DNA of 64,000 nt from a virus: positions 43,007 to 107,006 of the IMG/VR virus record IMGVR_UViG_3300042868_011225, one strand, 5' to 3'. The notes under the pieces were generated by a model. The model saw only the letters and a program-made list of their open reading frames with translations. It was not told the origin of the DNA and did no database searches. Position 1 is the first letter of the stretch; each line of letters starts with the position of its first letter. This document shows, piece by piece, positions 58,188 to 64,000 of the stretch. A program made the position numbers and the translations under genes.

Positions 58188-60398
58188 ATGAAGAATATAA
58201 TTAAAGAAATACTAAGAGAAAGCCTTATTACGGAGATTACGGTTAATGATGCGTGGACTAAATTTTACTCAAATGTAGAAAAATTTCCAGCACTTAAAGG
58301 TGATGAATCATTATTCAATAAATTGAATGATTTATACCCTAGAAGAGGTGATAATTTTAACAAAGGTTATTTCACTTGGTTATACAATTTAATTAGAACA
58401 AATCAATTAAAAGAAGAAGATTTTTATAAAGCAAAAGAATACTTAAAACTTTTTGATAAATTCTTCAATAAAATACCAGTAGAATCCAGAGACATAAACA
58501 AATTTAAAAATCTTAATGATTTATATGATGTTGTAAAAGAATTTGAAGAAGGTGGCGATACAATGGCTACCAGCAACAAAGACGAAATTAGACAAATAAA
58601 ACAAAATGAGATTGATAAGGTTTATGAAGATGGGGAATGGTTAATTATGATTCCTAAAACTGAAAGAGCATCGTGTCTTATCGGTAAAGGTACTAAATGG
58701 TGTACTGCAGCTGATGAGTCCAACAACATGTTTGATAATTATAATTCTGATGGTCCGCTATACGTATTGGTTGATAAATACAATGATGAGAAATATCAAT
58801 TACACTTCGAAAGCAATCAACTTATGGATGCCACGGATAGACCAGTACCTGCTAGTTATTTTTTTGATAGCATAATGGATGGTTCTGGACCTTTTGAATT
58901 TTTAAAACAAGCTAGTGATAAATTCTGGGATTTTATATTGGAAACTAGTGTTGATGACATGGCTAGTGGTGGTTATAGTGAAGTTTTTGAAGAAGCTTTA
59001 ACTAGTGATGTAACACCAAGTGTTTTGAAAAAAACACTTGAGACTTTAAGATATGGTGAGGATAGTCGTGGGGTATATTTAGGTTATGTTTATGAAAAAA
59101 ATCCATATAACATCGATAAGTATGAAATAGAACATTTTTTTGACCATATTGACACTATGGATGAATATGATTTGGATGCTATTCTTAGACATTTAAATGA
59201 TATTGAGTACGATTTTGATGAAACAGATAATGTTAGTATAAAAACATTTGTTAATGATAAATTAGAATTAGAAAAGCATGGTGTAGAGTTAAATAATACC
59301 TATCAAATTGATAAAGGAAGAAAACTCATGGTAAATAGAGTCAATATAGGTGCTGAAAAACCATATAATGTAACTATGGATAATAATTCTGGTGATATGG
59401 ATTTAGATACGCTTTTAAATCTGTTGCACCATGGTCAATTATTTGAGAGTAAATTTACTATTAAAAAATTACTTAGAGAATCGTTAATCAATGAGATTAG
59501 AGTTATTAACCCTAATTACAATTATAATAAAGGTAAATTTACATCTATGGAAGATGAATCGCCTTTACATGATAATGAAACAATTAGAGTGTACCATGGG
59601 TTTAATAAATACGAAGATGCTATAATGGCAGCTAAATTTGGTTTAAGTGGTCAAGAAAAAGCCAGAAGAATTTATTCATACGAAAGCAATAATAACCCTA
59701 ATGGATTATTTGTAACATTAGATTATGAAACAGCTAAAAAATTTACATATCCAAGTGGTAGCAGAGGAATAAAAGTTATTATGGAATTAAGTGTTAAAGT
59801 AGGTGATTTAGAAGCACCTGTTTGGCCTGGTGGTTCATATACTGTTCAAGGTCAAATGTCCCAATATTGGAAAGATGCTGAAGATAGAAAAATAAATGGA
59901 ACCCTTAAAGCAAGGGATGAAGCTAGTAATAGTGCAATACCTTTTGTTAGAGATTCTGATAGACCAGAAGTGGCGGCAGCTCTAATGGGTAATGAAAGAC
60001 AAGCATTATTTGTAGGTAATATTAATCCAAATATGATTAAAGCAGTGTTTTTTGGTGAATCTGGTAAACATGGTTATAACCCAAAAACAATGGAACGTAT
60101 TTCTAGACAAGAATTTTTAAATAAATTTGAAAGTCATGAACCAGAAAGAAATTCAGATAATAGACTTTCAGATAGAGGTGAACAATATCATAAGAAAAAA
60201 GATATGTTATTTAAACCTAATGATGATTTTAATATGGAAATTTTTAATAAAGAATGTATTGACAATGAATGGGATAGTACAGGTATTGAAATGTTAAAAA
60301 AATTAAAAGGGTATAGATATTTAGAAAATTGGTTTTGGCCAAAACAAATAAAACAAATAAACGATTTATTAGAAAATTATGAGCAAGAAATTAGTTAA
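58188..60398 (+). CDS. Two-module protein: PcfJ-like N-terminal module and ADP-ribosyltransferase-fold C-terminal module
   Basis: IP.T..ASC..G.GTKWCTA...F..Y motif; second half VYHG...GL...GLFVT.D...AKKF...VIME; each module begins with IK..LRESL.E. Confidence 0.6.
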   Translation: MKNIIKEILRESLITEITVNDAWTKFYSNVEKFPALKGDESLFNKLNDLYPRRGDNFNKGYFTWLYNLIRTNQLKEEDFYKAKEYLKLFDKFFNKIPVESRDINKFKNLNDLYDVVKEFEEGGDTMATSNKDEIRQIKQNEIDKVYEDGEWLIMIPKTERASCLIGKGTKWCTAADESNNMFDNYNSDGPLYVLVDKYNDEKYQLHFESNQLMDATDRPVPASYFFDSIMDGSGPFEFLKQASDKFWDFILETSVDDMASGGYSEVFEEALTSDVTPSVLKKTLETLRYGEDSRGVYLGYVYEKNPYNIDKYEIEHFFDHIDTMDEYDLDAILRHLNDIEYDFDETDNVSIKTFVNDKLELEKHGVELNNTYQIDKGRKLMVNRVNIGAEKPYNVTMDNNSGDMDLDTLLNLLHHGQLFESKFTIKKLLRESLINEIRVINPNYNYNKGKFTSMEDESPLHDNETIRVYHGFNKYEDAIMAAKFGLSGQEKARRIYSYESNNNPNGLFVTLDYETAKKFTYPSGSRGIKVIMELSVKVGDLEAPVWPGGSYTVQGQMSQYWKDAEDRKINGTLKARDEASNSAIPFVRDSDRPEVAAALMGNERQALFVGNINPNMIKAVFFGESGKHGYNPKTMERISRQEFLNKFESHEPERNSDNRLSDRGEQYHKKKDMLFKPNDDFNMEIFNKECIDNEWDSTGIEMLKKLKGYRYLENWFWPKQIKQINDLLENYEQEIS

Positions 60399-61206
60399 AG
60401 AATTACTTAGGGAAGGGTTAATGGGTGAAGAATACGATGCATCTGCAGACATGTTATTTGGTTATCATATTACATCTGAATCAAACGTAGAAGCTATTAA
60501 AAAAACTGGCTTAAGAATTGGTACTAGAAATATGCAAGGTGGTGGTTTATACGCTTTTTATGATTATAAACACGCAATGCGTTACCTAATGAAAGGTGAA
60601 GTAAATAACCCAGTAATTGTTAAATTTAACATCACAAACCCAAGTCGTTTATTATATTTAAATATGGATATTGCCAAACAAGTGTTAGGTGATGAATATC
60701 ACTTGGTTGACCAATGTGAAAATTATTTTTACAATGGTATTGATGGTCTATTAGAAGAAGTAAATAAAACAGGATTGGACTTTACTCGTGATAAATTAGT
60801 TAGTATTCTTAATGATATTGAAAATGATAATTCCGAAAGTAATCAAAGAAAATTTTGTTTTAGTTTAATACCTGGTACTTTAAATGATAGATTAAGTATT
60901 GTTTGGAATGGTAACTATGGTTTAGAATATAGAATAAATAATCTTAACCTTGTAAATGTTATTGGGATTACAAAAATAGATACATTAACTGGAAAGGAAA
61001 TTAATCACCATCAAATTTCACAAATAGATAAAATACCAGATACAGAAGAATTTAAACCACTTAAACAATATATGATTGATAACAATTTAGATGATATAAC
61101 TAAAACTAGACATATATTAAATAATATGCAAATGAAGGTTAGAAATAATAGAGATTTTCAATATTATAGTGATTTAATTGACATATTAGATAATTTACCA
61201 AAATAA
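60379..61206 (+). CDS. ADP-ribosyltransferase-fold (Tpt1/PARP-like) protein
   Basis: GYHITS..NV..I.K.GL....G.GLY.F.D...A..Y.......IVKF pattern. Confidence 0.6.
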   Translation: MSKKLVKELLREGLMGEEYDASADMLFGYHITSESNVEAIKKTGLRIGTRNMQGGGLYAFYDYKHAMRYLMKGEVNNPVIVKFNITNPSRLLYLNMDIAKQVLGDEYHLVDQCENYFYNGIDGLLEEVNKTGLDFTRDKLVSILNDIENDNSESNQRKFCFSLIPGTLNDRLSIVWNGNYGLEYRINNLNLVNVIGITKIDTLTGKEINHHQISQIDKIPDTEEFKPLKQYMIDNNLDDITKTRHILNNMQMKVRNNRDFQYYSDLIDILDNLPK

Positions 61207-61256
61207 TTTTGTAATTAAAAATTTTATCATATCTTTGCAGTCAAATTATAGAAATT

Positions 61257-62372
61257 ATGACACAGAGAGTAAAATTTAATATGCAACTACCACAAGATAT
61301 CCTTACTATTAAAGATATCTTCAAAGCTAACAGTTTCCAATTATTCGTAGTTGGTGGAGCTGTTCGTGATGCTGTGCTAGGCAAAGACCCTAAAGATTTT
61401 GACTTGGCTACCAACGCAAAACCAGACCAAGTGGAACAAATGATGCAAGATGCTGGATTTACCACACTTGCAACTGGAAAAGCTTTCGGTGTAATCAATG
61501 TATTCACTGATTCAGGTGATTTTGAAATTGCAACATTCAGAAAAGATATCGGTTCAGGTCGTAGACCAGATTCAGTAGAATTTACTACTATCGAAGGTGA
61601 CGTTTCAAGACGTGACTTAACTATCAACGCACTTTTCTTCGATATTGAAGCTGGTGAAATTGTTGACTTGGTTGGTGGACTTGAAGACCTAAGAAATGGT
61701 GTAATCAAAACCGTTGGCTCAGCCAAAGATAGATTCTCTGAAGATAGACTTCGTATCCTACGAGCAATTAGGTTTGCTGAAAGGTTTGGTAGTGATTTGG
61801 ATAATGATATTTTATGGGCTTTGAAAGAAGATTCTAGTCTTGAAGGTATAAGTCATGAAAGAATTAGAGATGAGTTCTTAAAAGGTCTTAAATCGGCTAA
61901 GTCGATAGGTGAGTTTTTATTTACTCTAGAGATTTTTCATTTATTTGATTGGATATTTCCAGATTTGATAGTTAATCATAGATTCATTATCCAAGATGAC
62001 CCGATTGTTGTTATGGCATCATTACTTAAAAGTAACGATAAAACATTCTTGCCAAAGCAATTGAACAAATTGACATACTCAACAGATGAAATCAAAGCCA
62101 TCATGTTTCTTATCTCTTTGAAAGAGTTGGATGATGATACTGCGGTTGAAATCAAGAGAAAACAAAAGAACTCAGGTGTTACAACTGACCAAATACTTAA
62201 CTTTACAACTCGTGAAGGTGTACCATCACAATTGGTGGATTCTTTCTTGGCTTTTGAGTTGAGTGTAACTGGTGATGATGTAATGAGAGAAAAAGGTTTG
62301 AAACCTGGTCCAGAATTGGGTAAAGCCATCCTAGAGATTGAAACTGAAAACTTTAAAAAGATAATAGTATAA
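61257..62372 (+). CDS. cca: tRNA nucleotidyltransferase (CCA-adding enzyme, class II)
   Basis: VGGAVRD..LG..PKDFDLAT, RRDLTINA, EDRLRILRAIRF, S.ERI. Confidence 0.9.
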   Translation: MTQRVKFNMQLPQDILTIKDIFKANSFQLFVVGGAVRDAVLGKDPKDFDLATNAKPDQVEQMMQDAGFTTLATGKAFGVINVFTDSGDFEIATFRKDIGSGRRPDSVEFTTIEGDVSRRDLTINALFFDIEAGEIVDLVGGLEDLRNGVIKTVGSAKDRFSEDRLRILRAIRFAERFGSDLDNDILWALKEDSSLEGISHERIRDEFLKGLKSAKSIGEFLFTLEIFHLFDWIFPDLIVNHRFIIQDDPIVVMASLLKSNDKTFLPKQLNKLTYSTDEIKAIMFLISLKELDDDTAVEIKRKQKNSGVTTDQILNFTTREGVPSQLVDSFLAFELSVTGDDVMREKGLKPGPELGKAILEIETENFKKIIV

Positions 62373-62418
62373 ACTTTAGTTTTAATAATTTACGCATATT
62401 TATTATAAAAAAGTAATT

Positions 62419-63039
62419 ATGCGTAAATTTGATAAAAAATTAAACATTATTAAAGCAAATATCCTATCAGAACAAAGGTATTTAGCCACTAAAGGGTTAA
62501 TAAAAGAAACCATTGATGAAGAATATTTTGAAAGTAGAAAACCAGTTAATGGTTATGTTGATGCCGAAGAGCTTTTAGGTGAAACAGTTTGGGTACATAC
62601 AAATTTTACCCATAGAAATCATGGTCAAAATGGTATGGTAGGTATATATAGACCAAATTCAGTTGGTTATAAAACTGGTTCACCAATAGGATATACGAAT
62701 GAAATTAGAATAAGTGGTTCTTTAGTCTTTGAACAAAGCGAAAAAGCAGCAAAAAGAGTTAAAACAACTCAATTAAAACAAGTTATTGCTGGTGTTTCTG
62801 GGGTTGTAATACCGACAGATGCTGGAAACACATCAGGAATGGATTTAGCTGTTTATAACGCAAAAGAAGGTTTAGGTTATTTCCATTTAGCTAATGGTTT
62901 TACTGATATACCTAAAAAAATAATAGGTGGTGATGAAGTTTATTTTTTTGGTAATGAAGCTGGTAATTATTCTTTTTATGTCAAAAACCCTATATTTGAA
63001 GGAAATGATGAGGAAGAATTTAATAATAATGAGTTATAA
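62419..63039 (+). CDS. Hypothetical protein (possible head-packaged protein)
   Basis: MRKFDK..NI.KANIL.EQRYL...LIKE leader; late motif upstream. Confidence 0.65.
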   Translation: MRKFDKKLNIIKANILSEQRYLATKGLIKETIDEEYFESRKPVNGYVDAEELLGETVWVHTNFTHRNHGQNGMVGIYRPNSVGYKTGSPIGYTNEIRISGSLVFEQSEKAAKRVKTTQLKQVIAGVSGVVIPTDAGNTSGMDLAVYNAKEGLGYFHLANGFTDIPKKIIGGDEVYFFGNEAGNYSFYVKNPIFEGNDEEEFNNNEL

Positions 63040-63090
63040 AATCTTTATTTTAGTTTTAAACTTATTATATTTACATAAAAATTATTAATA

Positions 63091-63465
63091 ATGGCAAAAT
63101 ATTTGGCAAAATTTAGTAGCATGGTAAATGAAATCGAAGTTAGTGGTTTCATAGTCATGAACGACAGAGAAGTTGAAAACTTTGAAGAATTAGCATTAAG
63201 CATTACATGGGATTTCGTATACGAATTCGGTGAGGATAAAGAATTTCAATTAGAATTTTCTGATGGTGAAGATTTATTATCTAGAGTTGAATTTAAAGAA
63301 ATATCCTTAGATGAAGCAAAAGCATTAAAAAGATTGTTTAACAATGAATTTGGAACTTTTATAGGTGAGGGGTTCTTAGAACAAATCATAGGTGAAGAAG
63401 ATTCAGACTTCGATGATGAAGATGAAGATGACTATGATGACATTAATTATGAAACAGACTATTAA
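63091..63465 (+). CDS. Acidic hypothetical protein
   Basis: 124 aa ORF. Confidence 0.7.
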   Translation: MAKYLAKFSSMVNEIEVSGFIVMNDREVENFEELALSITWDFVYEFGEDKEFQLEFSDGEDLLSRVEFKEISLDEAKALKRLFNNEFGTFIGEGFLEQIIGEEDSDFDDEDEDDYDDINYETDY

Positions 63466-64000
63466 GCATTACACACAACCAAACGGAATTAGCTGCGGAC
63501 CAACATGTATTATGATGGCTTACGAAGCACTTCCACAAAATCCTAAAAAACAGCATTACTCAATCATGGAAATTTGTGATTTATGTGGTACTGATAATAT
63601 TACTGGTACCCCACCAGAAAGACTTGAAAAAGGTATGAATTCATTGGGTATGACATATACTCACCATGTAAATTCACAAGAACCATTCCAACATTTAAAA
63701 TCAGTTATAGACAGCGGTAATTTACCAATTGTTAGAACATTTACTCACGGTATTCCACATTGGATTATTGTAAGCGGTTATGAAAACGATAAATTCTTTA
63801 TTAACGACCCATGGCAAGGTGAAATACAATATACAATTCAACAATTAAATGATGTGTGGGTTGGAAGACACTATGAATTTTATGAAGTTGAAATGCTTGT
63901 GATAAAACAAGGTATTCCAAAAGAAAGACTCAAAGAAATAATGGAATGGTCATTTCCTTACTTTACACACGTTATTGGTGAAGGTTATTTTCAAATTGTT
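63449..64000 (+). CDS. Peptidase C39-like cysteine protease (3'-truncated; absent from the ORF track)
   Basis: Translates MKQTIKHYTQPNGISCGPTC...GT....L...PHWIIVSGY....F.INDPW, giving the Gln/Cys-His-Asp pattern; open to the window end. Confidence 0.8.
   Translation, partial: MKQTIKHYTQPNGISCGPTCIMMAYEALPQNPKKQHYSIMEICDLCGTDNITGTPPERLEKGMNSLGMTYTHHVNSQEPFQHLKSVIDSGNLPIVRTFTHGIPHWIIVSGYENDKFFINDPWQGEIQYTIQQLNDVWVGRHYEFYEVEMLVIKQGIPKERLKEIMEWSFPYFTHVIGEGYFQIV

Noticed and set aside
213-62329. Numerous - strand ORFs in the track (e.g. 33860-34423, 41425-42024, 61241-61726) and short alternate-frame + ORFs
   Set aside because: They are shadows of well-supported + strand genes, with no recognisable motifs.
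1-64000. Alternative genetic code (TAG or TGA reassignment), suggested by the phage release factor
   Set aside because: Genes are long and intact under code 11 and TAG ends several genes at sensible positions. The TAG in the RF gene needs a frame change, not readthrough.

Overview
An AT-rich, gene-dense segment, almost entirely on the + strand, from a large (jumbo-type) contractile-tailed phage. The host is almost certainly a Bacteroidota bacterium: about ten TAnnTTTG -7 promoter elements precede genes, the tail proteins carry SprB repeats, and there is a Bacteroidota-type Hc1 protein and sigma factor. In order, the window holds the 3' part of nrdA; a baseplate/tail module (2-27 kb); a replication/recombination module (RuvC, primase, PD-(D/E)XK nuclease, Dda/RecD helicase, SbcD, SbcC); a sigma-70 factor; lysis-like and probable internal-head genes; and an RNA/translation-rescue island. 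That island contains RNase HII, a Ro60/TROVE-like vWA protein, DnaJ, ClpP, tmRNA, tRNAs, a release factor and a CCA-adding enzyme. Two observations stand out. (1) A short RF1-type release factor (PxT motif, GGQ) is split by a CTT-TAG-C site and needs a +1 frameshift. This mirrors the prfB CTT-TGA-C autoregulatory shift but uses the RF1-specific stop. (2) Four non-coding elements share a covarying end-to-end stem plus a fixed-position CWGCAA motif around variable interiors, and the first lies directly behind the Ro60-like gene, making a candidate phage Ro/Y-RNA-like system. Also notable are a probable -1 frameshift at an A10 run, shared protease-leader-like N-termini on ADP-ribosyltransferase-fold proteins, an atypical tRNA, and a catalytically dead amidase. 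All family assignments are from motif recognition by eye, not from database searches.
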